The notes beneath the pieces were generated by a model. The model ran no database searches. It was not told where the DNA came from and worked only from the letters and a program-made list of their open reading frames with translations. DNA of 64,000 nt from an uncultured bacterium (GTDB taxonomy: Bacteria; Krumholzibacteriota; Krumholzibacteriia; JACNKJ01): positions 1,184,001 to 1,248,000 of the forward strand of contig CAVOFT010000001.1 in assembly GCA_963695095.1 (NCBI GenBank). Reading direction: 5' to 3'. Below, piece after piece: positions 9,204 through 18,545 of the stretch. A program made the translations under genes and the position numbers. Every line of letters starts with the position of its first letter. The stretch's first letter is position 1.

Positions 9204-10295
9204 ATGGCCTGGCGGCGCACGATCGCCGAGTTCGCCGGAGCGATGCTGCGCCAGCGCAGCTACAACCCGCGGCGCAATCTGTACCTGATCTTCGGCCTCC
9301 TCTGGGGGCTGCCGATTCCGCTCTTCTCGCTCGGCCTCGGCTTCTCCCTGGCCGAGCTGAAGCCCTCGCTCGGGAACCTGCCGGGGCTGCTCCGCACGCA
9401 GCCCTGGCAGTTCGTCTTCATGCTGCATCCGCTGCTCTTCTCGGCGGTCTTCGGCATCCTGGGCACCGTCTACGCCATCAAGGAAGAGCAGGTCGCCCGC
9501 CTGCTGCGGGACCTGCGCGGCAAGGTACGCGAGCTGGGCGCCGCCAACCGCGAGCTGCAGGAGCTCGACCAGATGAAGGACGAATTCCTCAGCAACGTCA
9601 CGCACGAGCTGAAGACGCCGCTGGTCACCATCCAGGGCTACAGCGAGATGCTCGACTCGGGGCGCCTCGGCGAGATCAGCGACCGCCAGCGGCGGGCCCT
9701 GGCCGTGATGCGGCGCAACCAGGAACGGCTGCAGGAGCTGATCCGCCAGCTCCTGCGTTACGGCAAGATGGAGGAGAGCACCGCCCAGGTCTTCATCGGC
9801 GAGATCAGCGTGGTCAAGCTCTTCCGCTTCCTCGAGCAGAGCTTCCTGCCCGCCATGGAGCAAAAGGGGATCGACTTTCAGGTGATTCCGCCGGAGGTCG
9901 ACCTGCACGTCGCCGGCCAGGAGGATCTCATCGAGCAGGCGCTGCGCAACCTGATCGGCAACGCGCGCAAGTTCACGGATGCCGGCGGGCGCGTTGCGCT
10001 TACCGTTGATACCACCGAGGTGCCCGAGAGCCTGGGGCTCGTCGTGTCGGACAGCGGTTGCGGCATCGCGAAAGATGCGCTACCCTTCATCTTCGAGCGC
10101 TTTCGGCAGGGCGACGGCTCCATCCGCCGCAAGTACGGCGGCACCGGGCTTGGCCTGGCGATCGTCAAGAAGATTGCCGACGCGCATCGCGCGACGGTGA
10201 AGGTGGACAGCACGGTGGGCCAGGGGTCGCGCTTCACCATCATGCTGCCGATCGTGCCCCGTGACCAGCCCCAGACGAGGAGGATGTCCCGATGA
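9204..10295 (+). CDS. Membrane sensor histidine kinase
   Basis: 2 TM helices, FLSNVTHELKTPL H-box, NLIGNARKFT, DSGCGI, FERF, GGTGLGLAI. Confidence 0.95.
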   Translation: MAWRRTIAEFAGAMLRQRSYNPRRNLYLIFGLLWGLPIPLFSLGLGFSLAELKPSLGNLPGLLRTQPWQFVFMLHPLLFSAVFGILGTVYAIKEEQVARLLRDLRGKVRELGAANRELQELDQMKDEFLSNVTHELKTPLVTIQGYSEMLDSGRLGEISDRQRRALAVMRRNQERLQELIRQLLRYGKMEESTAQVFIGEISVVKLFRFLEQSFLPAMEQKGIDFQVIPPEVDLHVAGQEDLIEQALRNLIGNARKFTDAGGRVALTVDTTEVPESLGLVVSDSGCGIAKDALPFIFERFRQGDGSIRRKYGGTGLGLAIVKKIADAHRATVKVDSTVGQGSRFTIMLPIVPRDQPQTRRMSR

Positions 10296-11038
10296 ACGCT
10301 GAGCCGAATCGCCGCATTCTCGTCGTTGACGACGAGCCGGATATCGTCGAGATGCTGCATAGCCTGCTCGAGATCGAGGGCTTCACCGTGAGCACCGCCA
10401 CCAGCGGCGCCCAGGCCGTGGCCGCCCTCGCCGAGCGGCCGGCTCTCGTGCTCCTGGACATCATGATGCCGGACATGGACGGCCACGCCGTGCTGGCGAC
10501 CATCCGTGAGCAGTACGACCAGGCGGCTCTGCCCGTGCTCATGGTAACGGCGCGCAACGACGTCGTCGACATCGGTGCCGCCTTGGACACCGGTGCCAAC
10601 GGTTTCGTGGTCAAGCCCTTCGAAACCGAGAACCTCCTGCGCACGCTGCGGGCGGTGATCGCCCGCCGCCCTGCCGACTTCTACACCAACTACGAGGCCG
10701 TCAAAGGGATTACCGCCCGCGACGGCGTCGGCTACCAGCAGGGCGATCGCATCATCTTCCTCGACCTGCACGAGGCCGATCCCGGCGCCGACCACATCCT
10801 CGAGGCACTTGCCAGCGAGGGCGTGCACATGATGAGCATTCTCCAGTTCGACACCGAACGCGGCGGTCGGCAGAGCTCGGTGCTGGTGACGGCCGAGAAC
10901 GGCCGCGCCTTCGGCGGCTTCCTCAACGCGCTGATGGCCACGGGCAGCGTCGGTGTGACCGCCTGTCAGATCTACAAGGATGCCCTCGATCTGCCCCATG
11001 ACCTGATCACCGGCGACCAGGAGTACAGCCTGGACTAG
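10292..11038 (+). CDS. Response regulator (receiver plus an atypical C-terminal domain)
   Basis: ILVVDDEP, LLDIMMPDMDG, VTA, VKPF; ATGA overlap with the kinase. Confidence 0.9.
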   Translation: MNAEPNRRILVVDDEPDIVEMLHSLLEIEGFTVSTATSGAQAVAALAERPALVLLDIMMPDMDGHAVLATIREQYDQAALPVLMVTARNDVVDIGAALDTGANGFVVKPFETENLLRTLRAVIARRPADFYTNYEAVKGITARDGVGYQQGDRIIFLDLHEADPGADHILEALASEGVHMMSILQFDTERGGRQSSVLVTAENGRAFGGFLNALMATGSVGVTACQIYKDALDLPHDLITGDQEYSLD

Positions 11039-11064
11039 CCGCGGAGACTGCAAGGAGAAACCCC

Positions 11065-13041
11065 ATGCGCATCCTGCTCGCCGCGTTCGTTCTGCTCGCC
11101 GCCGCGAGCAACCCGGCAGCCGGCCCTGCCGTGCCGGCGGACCCGCTTCTCGATCTCAAGGCGAACTTCTGCCGCGCGGGCGCCGGCCTGCTGGCGGGCC
11201 GGGCGCCGCAGGCGCGGGACTACGACTGGGACATCCTCCACGCCGAGCTGCACTTCACCCCGGACTTCGCGGCCGAGACCCTCGCCGGCAGCGTGCGCTT
11301 CGACAGCCGCGCCGAGACGGCCGGCCTGGCCACCGTCAGCCTCGACTTCGACCAGGCGATGAACCTGCTCGCCGTCCGCCAGGACGGCAGCCCCGTCGCC
11401 TGGACCCACGGCGGCGATCTCGCGGTCGTCACCCTGAGCGCCCCCTTGGCGGCTGGGCAGCTCTTCAGCCTCGAGCTGGACTTCGTCGGCTCGCCCGGCT
11501 CCACCGGCTTCGGCAGCTTCACCTGGACGGATCACGGCGGCGTGCCCCTGGTCGCCACGCTCAGCGAACCCGAGGGCGCCCGCGACTGGTGGCCCTGCAA
11601 GGACGTCCCCGACGAGAAGTTCACCGCCGATCTCTACTACCGCGTGCCCAGCGCCTACTCGGCGCCGGGGCCGGGCCTGCTCCAGTCCGTCACCGATCAC
11701 GGCGACGGCAGCAGCACCTGGCACTGGCGCGAAAGCTACCCGATCAACTCCTACCTGATCGCGCTCACGGTGACGAACTACCAGCACTACACCGATTGGT
11801 ACGTGAGCAGCAGCGGCGACTCGCTGCCCATCGAGAACTACGTCTACCCGGAGAACTACACGAACTCGGTCGAGGACCTCAGCATCACGCCGCTCGCCCT
11901 GGCCATCATGGACAGCCTCTTCGGCGAGTATCCCTTCATGGACGAGAAGTACGGCCACATGGTCTTCCACTGGGCCGGCGCCATGGAGCATCAGACCTGC
12001 ACGAGCATGGGCAACGCGGTGCTCGGCGGCGGCCACTACTACGACCGCATCGTGATGCACGAGCTGGCCCATCAGTGGTTCGGCGACGCCGTGACGCTGC
12101 AGGACTGGGAGAACGTCTGGCTGAACGAGGGCTTCGCGAGCTACTGCGAGGCAATCTGGTTCGAGTACGTGGGTGGCCAGGCCGGCCTCACCACATGGAT
12201 GACCCAGACCACCTCCGACTTCGTCGGGCCGGTGTACAACAACCCCGCCCTCTTCGGCAGCGTGGTCTACCGCAAGGGCGCCTGGGTGCTGCACATGTTG
12301 CGCTTCATGCTCGGCGACGAGACCTTCTTCGGCGCCCTGCGCTACTACTACGGCCAGCACCTCTACGGCAACGCGCATACCACGGACCTGGAGGCCGACC
12401 TCGAGGCCTACACGGGCCGGGACCTGACCGGCTTCTTCCAGCAGTGGGTCTACGGCGAGAACAGACCGGTCTACCAGTGGGCCTGGCAGGCCAGGAGCGG
12501 CACCGGCGGCTGGTGGCTGGACCTGCAGATCCGCCAGGTGCAGACCAATGCCGGCCTGTTCACGATGCCTCTGCCCTTTCGCGTGACGACGGCTCTGGGC
12601 CCGCTCGACCTGCGCGTGGACAACGACGCCTGGCATCAGAACTACAGCCTGCCCTTGGGACCCCAGGAACCGCTGGACCTCGCCTTCGACCCCGACAACT
12701 GGGTGCTGGAGTCCAGCAGCGAAGTGGCCTTCGATCCCACGGCCGCGGGAGGGGTCCCGCTAGTGGCCACGGGCCTCGCCGGCTGCTACCCGAATCCCTT
12801 CAATCCGTCCACGCGCGTGGCCTTCACGCTGGCGACGCCGGGTCCCGTGCGCCTGGAGGTCTTCGACACCGCGGGCCGCCGTCTGCGCGTGCTGGCGGAG
12901 GGGCCGCGCCCGGCGGGGCCGCAGAGCCTCGCCTTCGACGGCCTCGATGCGCACGGCGAGCCCCTGGCCAGCGGCGTCTACCTGCTGCGCCTCAGCGCCG
13001 GCGGCCGGGAGTTCAGCCAGCGCGCCGTCTTGCTCAAGTAG
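11065..13041 (+). CDS. Secreted M1 family aminopeptidase with C-terminal FlgD-Ig domain
   Basis: ARDWWPCKD, GAMEH, HELAHQWFGD...WLNEGFASY, VYRKGA; C-terminal PNPFNP...ASGVYLLRL. Confidence 0.93.
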   Translation: MRILLAAFVLLAAASNPAAGPAVPADPLLDLKANFCRAGAGLLAGRAPQARDYDWDILHAELHFTPDFAAETLAGSVRFDSRAETAGLATVSLDFDQAMNLLAVRQDGSPVAWTHGGDLAVVTLSAPLAAGQLFSLELDFVGSPGSTGFGSFTWTDHGGVPLVATLSEPEGARDWWPCKDVPDEKFTADLYYRVPSAYSAPGPGLLQSVTDHGDGSSTWHWRESYPINSYLIALTVTNYQHYTDWYVSSSGDSLPIENYVYPENYTNSVEDLSITPLALAIMDSLFGEYPFMDEKYGHMVFHWAGAMEHQTCTSMGNAVLGGGHYYDRIVMHELAHQWFGDAVTLQDWENVWLNEGFASYCEAIWFEYVGGQAGLTTWMTQTTSDFVGPVYNNPALFGSVVYRKGAWVLHMLRFMLGDETFFGALRYYYGQHLYGNAHTTDLEADLEAYTGRDLTGFFQQWVYGENRPVYQWAWQARSGTGGWWLDLQIRQVQTNAGLFTMPLPFRVTTALGPLDLRVDNDAWHQNYSLPLGPQEPLDLAFDPDNWVLESSSEVAFDPTAAGGVPLVATGLAGCYPNPFNPSTRVAFTLATPGPVRLEVFDTAGRRLRVLAEGPRPAGPQSLAFDGLDAHGEPLASGVYLLRLSAGGREFSQRAVLLK

Positions 13042-13122
13042 GGGAGGGCGAACTCCGCTTCTCGGCTCGGCACGGTGTCTGCTATACTGGACACCGCTAC
13101 ACCCTGGGAGAGGAGGACCCCT

Positions 13123-15516
13123 GTGCTGCTTCGCGCCACCACCCTTGGGCGCTTCGGCGCCATTCTGTGCCTGCTGGCCCTTGCCGTCGCCACCGCAGCG
13201 GCGAGCACCGAACACCATGCCCAGCTCCGCTACTGGCTCGACACGAGCGAGGATCGCGCCTTCATCGAGCGCGAAGCGGGCCGACTGGACCTCGTCCCCA
13301 GCCGTGAGGGCGACTACGTCGACATCTTCGTTCCCAGCACCGAGCGCGAGGCCTTCATGGGTCTGGGCAGCCGCGTCGAGCTGATCCACGCCGACGTCGA
13401 GAGCTTCTACGCGGAGCGCCTGGGCGATCGCGCCGACTACGGCCTCTACCACACCTATGCCGAGTCCGTGGCCTGGATGGACAGCCTGCGCACGCTCTAC
13501 CCGCAGGTGATCAGCGCGCGCTGGGCGCTCGGCCAGGGGCACCTGGGCAACCAGATCTGGTGCGCCCGCCTCTCGGACAATCCCGATCTCGACGAGGTCG
13601 GCGAGCCCGAGGTGCTCTTCGACGGCGCGCATCACGCCCGCGAGATCATGGCCTCCGAGATGCCGATGATGCTGGCCCAGTACCTCTGCGAGCAGTACGA
13701 CGCCGGCAACCCGGAGATCGTCGATCTGCTCGATGCGAACGAGGTCTACATCGTGCCCATCGTCAACCCGGACGGCTTTCTCTACAACGAGCAGACGAAT
13801 CCCAACGGCGGCGGCATGTGGCGCAAGAACCGTCGCAACAACGGCAGCAGCTACGGCGTGGATCCGAACCGCAACTACCCCTACGAGTGGGGCTGCGACT
13901 GGGGCAGCAGCGGCGTGCCCAGCGACGAGACCTACCGCGGGCCCGCGCCGGGCAGCGAGCCCGAGGTGCAGGCGATGATGACCTTCATCAACGCCCACGA
14001 TTTCGTCGTTCGCCAGAGTCTCCACACTTACGGCGAGCTGACGCTCTACCCCTGGGGCTACACGACCGCGAATACCCCGGATGAGGATGTCTTCCGCGAG
14101 TTGGCCGCCGCGATGGTGCAGTTCAACGGCTACACGCCGGGCCAGCCGGGCGAGGTGCTCTACGACGTCTGCGGCGGCACTTTCGACTGGGACTACGGCG
14201 CCCAGGGCGAGCACGGCAAGATCTACGGCTTCACCAACGAGATGGGCAACAGCACCGACGGCTTCTGGCCGACGAATGCCCGCCGCCAGGCGCTCTTCGA
14301 CGACAACCTCTGGCCCGCGCTCTACCTGATCCAGGCGGCGGGCAGCCTGCGCGGGGTGACCTGGCAGCACAGCCCGCTCCCCTTCACGGCCGCGCCCGGC
14401 GGCGGCTACCTCACCGTCGGCGTGCCGCAGGGCTTCGCCGGCGCGGCCATCGAGCCCGGCAGCGTGACCCTGCGGTATCGGGTGAACGGCGGGGCCTTCT
14501 CGGCCATCGCGATGACGCCCACGGGCCAGCCCGGCGAGTACGGCGCCTCGATTCCGAGCCAGGCCGAGGGGAGCGCCGTCGAGTACTACCTGAGCGCGAC
14601 GGATGTGAGCGGCAACGACGGCTCGAGCCCGCGCAACGCGCCCGATGCCCTGCACTACTTCGAGGTGGGCGCGAGCTTTGCCCATGACATGGAAGCCGAT
14701 CGCGGCTGGACGGTCGGCGATGCCGCCGACGACGCCACCAGCGGCCTCTGGGTGCGCGTCGATCCCGTGGGCACGGCGGCGCAGCCGGAGGACGACCACA
14801 GCGCCGCCGGCGCCCAGTGCTGGGTGACCGGGCAGCACGTGGCCGGCCAGACCGTCGGCTACAATGACGTGGACGGCGGCGCGACAACGCTCTTCTCGCC
14901 GGTCTACGATCTGACGGGGGCCGAGTCGGTCAGCTTCAGCTACTGGCGCTGGTACTCGAACGATCAGGGCAGCAACCCGGGCGCCGACAACTGGCAGGTC
15001 TTCGTCTCCAACAACGCCGGCCAGAGCTGGGCGGCGGTGGAGAACACCACGATCTCATCCAACGCCTGGGAGAGCCACAGCTTCGATCTCGCCACCTTCT
15101 TCGCCCTGGCGGGCGAGGTGCAACTCAAGTTCGTCGCCAGCGACACGGGTAGCGGCTCGGTGGTCGAGGGCGCCGTGGACGATTTCATGATCGCCGGCGT
15201 CTTCGACACGACCGCCACGGAAGAGACTCCGGCCGGCCTGCGCCTCAGCCTGGCCCAGGCCTTCCCGAATCCCTTCAATCCGACGACGACCGTGCGCTTC
15301 ACGATCGCCAGGCCGGGCTTCGCCAGCTTGGGCATCTACGACGCACAGGGGCGCCTGCTGCGGTCGCTGCTGACCGGCGAACTGCCGGCCGGCGAGCAGG
15401 CGGTGAGCTGGAACGGGCGCGACGCCCTCGGGCGGCCGGTGGCCAGCGGCGTCTACTTCATCCGCTTGCAGAGCGGCGGCAAGGAACTGACGCGAAAGGT
15501 CGTGCTCGCCAAGTAA
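13123..15516 (+). CDS. Secreted M14 zinc carboxypeptidase (carboxypeptidase T-like) with accessory domains and FlgD-Ig tail
   Basis: HHARE, VNPDG, WRKNR, GVDPNRNY, SEPE, HTYGE; PNPFNP tail; AGGAGG RBS before GTG; TGCTATACT extended -10 at about 13080. Confidence 0.92.
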   Translation: MLLRATTLGRFGAILCLLALAVATAAASTEHHAQLRYWLDTSEDRAFIEREAGRLDLVPSREGDYVDIFVPSTEREAFMGLGSRVELIHADVESFYAERLGDRADYGLYHTYAESVAWMDSLRTLYPQVISARWALGQGHLGNQIWCARLSDNPDLDEVGEPEVLFDGAHHAREIMASEMPMMLAQYLCEQYDAGNPEIVDLLDANEVYIVPIVNPDGFLYNEQTNPNGGGMWRKNRRNNGSSYGVDPNRNYPYEWGCDWGSSGVPSDETYRGPAPGSEPEVQAMMTFINAHDFVVRQSLHTYGELTLYPWGYTTANTPDEDVFRELAAAMVQFNGYTPGQPGEVLYDVCGGTFDWDYGAQGEHGKIYGFTNEMGNSTDGFWPTNARRQALFDDNLWPALYLIQAAGSLRGVTWQHSPLPFTAAPGGGYLTVGVPQGFAGAAIEPGSVTLRYRVNGGAFSAIAMTPTGQPGEYGASIPSQAEGSAVEYYLSATDVSGNDGSSPRNAPDALHYFEVGASFAHDMEADRGWTVGDAADDATSGLWVRVDPVGTAAQPEDDHSAAGAQCWVTGQHVAGQTVGYNDVDGGATTLFSPVYDLTGAESVSFSYWRWYSNDQGSNPGADNWQVFVSNNAGQSWAAVENTTISSNAWESHSFDLATFFALAGEVQLKFVASDTGSGSVVEGAVDDFMIAGVFDTTATEETPAGLRLSLAQAFPNPFNPTTTVRFTIARPGFASLGIYDAQGRLLRSLLTGELPAGEQAVSWNGRDALGRPVASGVYFIRLQSGGKELTRKVVLAK

Positions 15517-15538
15517 GACTGCCCGGAACGCGATCGAA

Positions 15539-15603
15539 GCCGCCGCACTCAACTCCTCCCGCGCGCGAGAGAACGCGCGCGGCGAGAAGTCGAGTGCGGC
15601 GGC
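15539..15603. repeat. Long imperfect inverted repeat (about 29-bp stem)
   Basis: GCCGCCGCACTC-AACTCCTC-CCGCGCGCG [AGAGAA] CGCGCGCGG-C-GAGAAGTC-GAGTGCGGCGGC. Confidence 0.8.
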
Positions 15604-15736
15604 CCGTTTGTGGCCTGGGCAGCCCCGCCCGCGAACACGGCCGGGCGAAGCGCGCTGATACCCACCCGGGAGCTGCACCAGCCGCCGCTTCGCGGCCTGA
15701 TACCGGGTGGACTTCATCGCTTTTTTCTGGACGAGA

Positions 15737-15765
15737 TTGCGCGCCTGTGAAACCGTCTCCATAAT
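15737..15765 (+). promoter_or_regulatory. Putative sigma70 promoter of the small ORF at 15815
   Basis: TTGCGC-N17-CATAAT. Confidence 0.5.
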
Positions 15766-15814
15766 CTGCGGGGATGCTGTCGTCGGCGGCTCGCCGGCGA
15801 CGGAGGAGGTCAGG

Positions 15815-16045
15815 ATGAGCCTCGGTGTGGACAAGGGTCGCCAGGATCACATGGTCGTGCTCGCTGCCGACGGCGACGAGCGCGAAAAGCGGGAGATGGC
15901 CACCATTCTGCGCAGTCTGGCGCAGGCCATGGACGATCAGGACTTTGTCGGCTGTCCCCTGCTGGTCATGGAACAGCGCTGCTACGAGCGCCTTCTGGGC
16001 TTGCACCGCCGCGCGGTGCGGGCTGCGGGCGGCCAGCAGACCTGA
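15815..16045 (+). CDS. Small hypothetical protein (76 aa)
   Basis: Strong GGAGGAGG RBS, upstream promoter, MSLGVDKGRQDHMVVLAADG... Confidence 0.55.
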   Translation: MSLGVDKGRQDHMVVLAADGDEREKREMATILRSLAQAMDDQDFVGCPLLVMEQRCYERLLGLHRRAVRAAGGQQT

Positions 16046-16213
16046 GCGGCGGCGGCCGGCGCGGGACTGCCCTCGCCGGGAGGGGTAGGGCGGCTTACCA
16101 TCGTGTTTGTTCGGGGCTGGTCAAAGCCCTCGGGTGGGGCTAGAGTTGTGGCATTCGATAACCACGGCGAGATGTCCCGCTGCGGACGCTCCCTCTCAGC
16201 GAAAGGACGGAAC

Positions 16214-16786
16214 ATGACTACAATGCGCTACCGCCTGCTGCTGGCCGCGGTCGCCCTGCTGGCCTTGCTGCCAGTCGGCGCCTTCGCCCAGGACAAGGTG
16301 CTCGAACTGGACACGCTGCCCGGCCGGGAGCCGATTCCGCCCGACTGTTCGGGCTGGCACGAGCTGTGGCCGAACTTCTGCGCCCCCGCTCACCAGGACA
16401 GCGTCGAGGACAATGGAGACGGTGAGCTCACCGCCTGCGACTTCATCTACCTGGACGGCGTGCGTTACCACATCGACTGGATCGGCCCCACCTACTGGCT
16501 GGACTGCGAGCTGATTCTCGAGCCCACCGATTACCAGCCAGGCGATCCGGTCTGCCAGACCTGGATCGAGATCTGGCCCGACTATGGCCAGCTCTGGCAT
16601 GTCGACGCCTGGGAGGACAACGGCAACGGTGTCGTGGATGCCTGCGATATCATCACCGTCACCGGCCCCGGCGGCACCTTGGCCTGTCACGTGAACGAGG
16701 TGGCGACGAACATTCGCGTCACCGGCGATCCGACGCCCGTCGAGGAAGGCACCTGGAGCCGCATCAAGAGCTTCTTCGGCTTCTAG
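16214..16786 (+). CDS. Secreted Cys/Asp-rich protein with two internal repeats and a short C-terminal TWxxIK motif
   Basis: Signal peptide; CSGWHELWPNF...EDNGDGELTACDFI and CQTWIEIWPDY...EDNGNGVVDACDII; ends TPVEEGTWSRIKSFFGF. Confidence 0.8.
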   Translation: MTTMRYRLLLAAVALLALLPVGAFAQDKVLELDTLPGREPIPPDCSGWHELWPNFCAPAHQDSVEDNGDGELTACDFIYLDGVRYHIDWIGPTYWLDCELILEPTDYQPGDPVCQTWIEIWPDYGQLWHVDAWEDNGNGVVDACDIITVTGPGGTLACHVNEVATNIRVTGDPTPVEEGTWSRIKSFFGF

Positions 16787-16817
16787 GCTTTCCCGCTGCC
16801 CCTGCGATTTCCGCTTC

Positions 16818-16849
16818 GGCCCGGCGCCCTGAGGGCGCCGGGCCTCTTT
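16818..16849 (+). terminator. Intrinsic terminator
   Basis: GGCCCGGCGCCC-TGA-GGGCGCCGGGCC followed by TCTTT. Confidence 0.75.
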
Positions 16850-17068
16850 GTGCACCGGTGAGGATTGGCTCTGATCCGCCGAGAAGCGGAGAAGGCCGCC
16901 ACCGGCAGGGCCGCGGTGAGCCAGCCGCCGCACTCCTTGCAGCGGCAGATCACGACCTGGGAGGGCGCCTCGTTTTGTACACGTGTACACTCCGCCACGA
17001 CTGGGGCCGCGAAGGCAGCCGGCAGCAGCTCGGTCTTCGCCTCGGCGTGTCCTCTTGCCGGACCGAGG

Positions 17069-18404
17069 TCAGCGCTCGCGCTTGGGCGGGATGGGGACGA
17101 GAGGCTGGGGGCCGCGCCCCGGCAGGGGCAGCCCGGCCCGCCGCCAGCCGGGCACGCCCTCCTGGTAGATCAGTGTGCGCAGCCAGCCCAGCCGAGCGGC
17201 CTTCGTGGCCGCGATGCGGCTGCGCACGCAATCGGCCCCGTAGCAGTAGAAGGCCAAGGAGTCGCGGGCGGGCGCCGTTCCCGGCCAATGCGCGGCGATG
17301 AGCGCGCTGAGCGAGTCGTCGACCACTTGCGCGGGCAGGGCGATGGCCCCGGGCAGATGCTCGCGCGTGAAGTCGCGGTGGCCGCGCAGGTCGAAGAGGG
17401 GCAGCCGCGGGCGGCGCCGATCGGCGAGTTCGGGATTGCCGTCGGCGAGCAGGGCGCGCATCGCCTCCGTGTCGAGGATGCGCGTCGTGGGTAGCGTCCA
17501 GTCTGCCTGCCAGGCCGCCCAGCCGCCGAGCTGCACGGCGGCCTTCACGCCGATCATCCGCAGCAGCAGATAGCCCAGGCCCGGCGCCGGGTCGGTGGCA
17601 TCCGCCCCGCAGAGCACGAAGGTGGCCTCCAGGTCCACGGTGTCCCGCTTGCGGGGGCCGAAGCTCGCCGAGGGCCTCGCGGGCGGCCTTTGGCTCCGGC
17701 CAGCCGTCGTTGGCGCCGAGCAGGGCGGGCAGGTCGATGGCCAGGGCATGGGGGATGTGCCCCGCGGGCCCGGCCCAGGCGGCTTCGCCGCGCAGGTCGA
17801 GGATCTCGCAGGTCCGGGTCTCGCCCATGCGGGCCAGGATCCAGGCCGCGTCGACGGCGAGCGCGGCGTCCGGTGTGGGGCCGGCGACCGCGGTCGCCCC
17901 CGCCGCCGGCTCGCGGCTCAACTCGCCCCCCTCGCGCAGCCAGGCCTCGATGCCGCCCGCGAGCACCCGCGGCATTCGGCAGCCCGCCCACTCCAGGGCC
18001 CAGAAGGCACGGCCGAGGGCCGGCAGGCCGAGGCCGTCCGTGTAGAGGAGCAGAGGGGTCTCGCTGTCGATGCCCTGCGCGCCTAGCCAGGCGGCGAGGG
18101 AGCCGGCCTCACCTGCGGCGAGCGCGGTGGCCAGCGGCAGCTCCAGGTCGAAGGGGCGCGCGGCTGGGAGATGGCCTCGCGCGAAGGCCTCGGCGGGGCG
18201 CAGGTCGAGCGCGAGCGGGCGCTTCCGCTCGGGCGTCCTCGCCAACTCGCGGGGGCCGATCAGGATCTCCGGGTAGACGGGCTCGCGCGGCGGGGTGCGA
18301 CCCAGCCAGGGGAAGGGGTCGCGCGGGGCCTTGGTGTCGGCCCCGGTGGGGCCGCTCAAGGCGAGCCCGGCGAGGGCCAGGGCGAGGAGGGCGAGCTGGC
18401 GCAT
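17069..18404 (-). CDS. Exported three-domain rhodanese/sulfurtransferase; one frameshift near 17665
   Basis: Signal peptide; DLRPAEAFARGHLPAA, RVLAGGIEAW, LDLRG...GHIPHA; after the frame change FGPRKRDTVDLEATFVL...LGGWAAW, FDLRGHRDFTREHLPGA, FYCYGADCVRS, YQEGVPGW. Confidence 0.8.
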
Positions 18405-18410
18405 GGGGGC

Positions 18411-18483
18411 ATCCTAGCCCCGGAGCGCGGCGGGGGCAAGGCGCAGGGCGCCGCTTGGCAGGCGAGCCCAAAACTGTTAGAAT
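18411..18483. promoter_or_regulatory. Back-to-back divergent sigma70 promoters (rhodanese, leaderless; beta-propeller gene)
   Basis: Minus strand: TTGCCC(18439-18434)-N17-TAGGAT(18416-18411), 6 nt before the ATG. Plus strand: TTGGCA(18455)-N17-TAGAAT(18478-18483) with TG extension. Confidence 0.6.
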
Positions 18484-18545
18484 CATCTGGAATTGCCGCC
18501 GGGCCTGGGCTCGGGGCTGCCACCACATCCACAAAAGGACACCGA

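Noticed and set aside
5319..9908. 1529-aa minus-strand ORF
   Set aside because: Antisense shadow of the M16 and kinase genes caused by high GC3; no motifs.
16783..16998. 71-aa ORF containing CRCKECGG
   Set aside because: No clear RBS, runs through the terminator into the convergent gene, and has only one clear CxxC; not supported.
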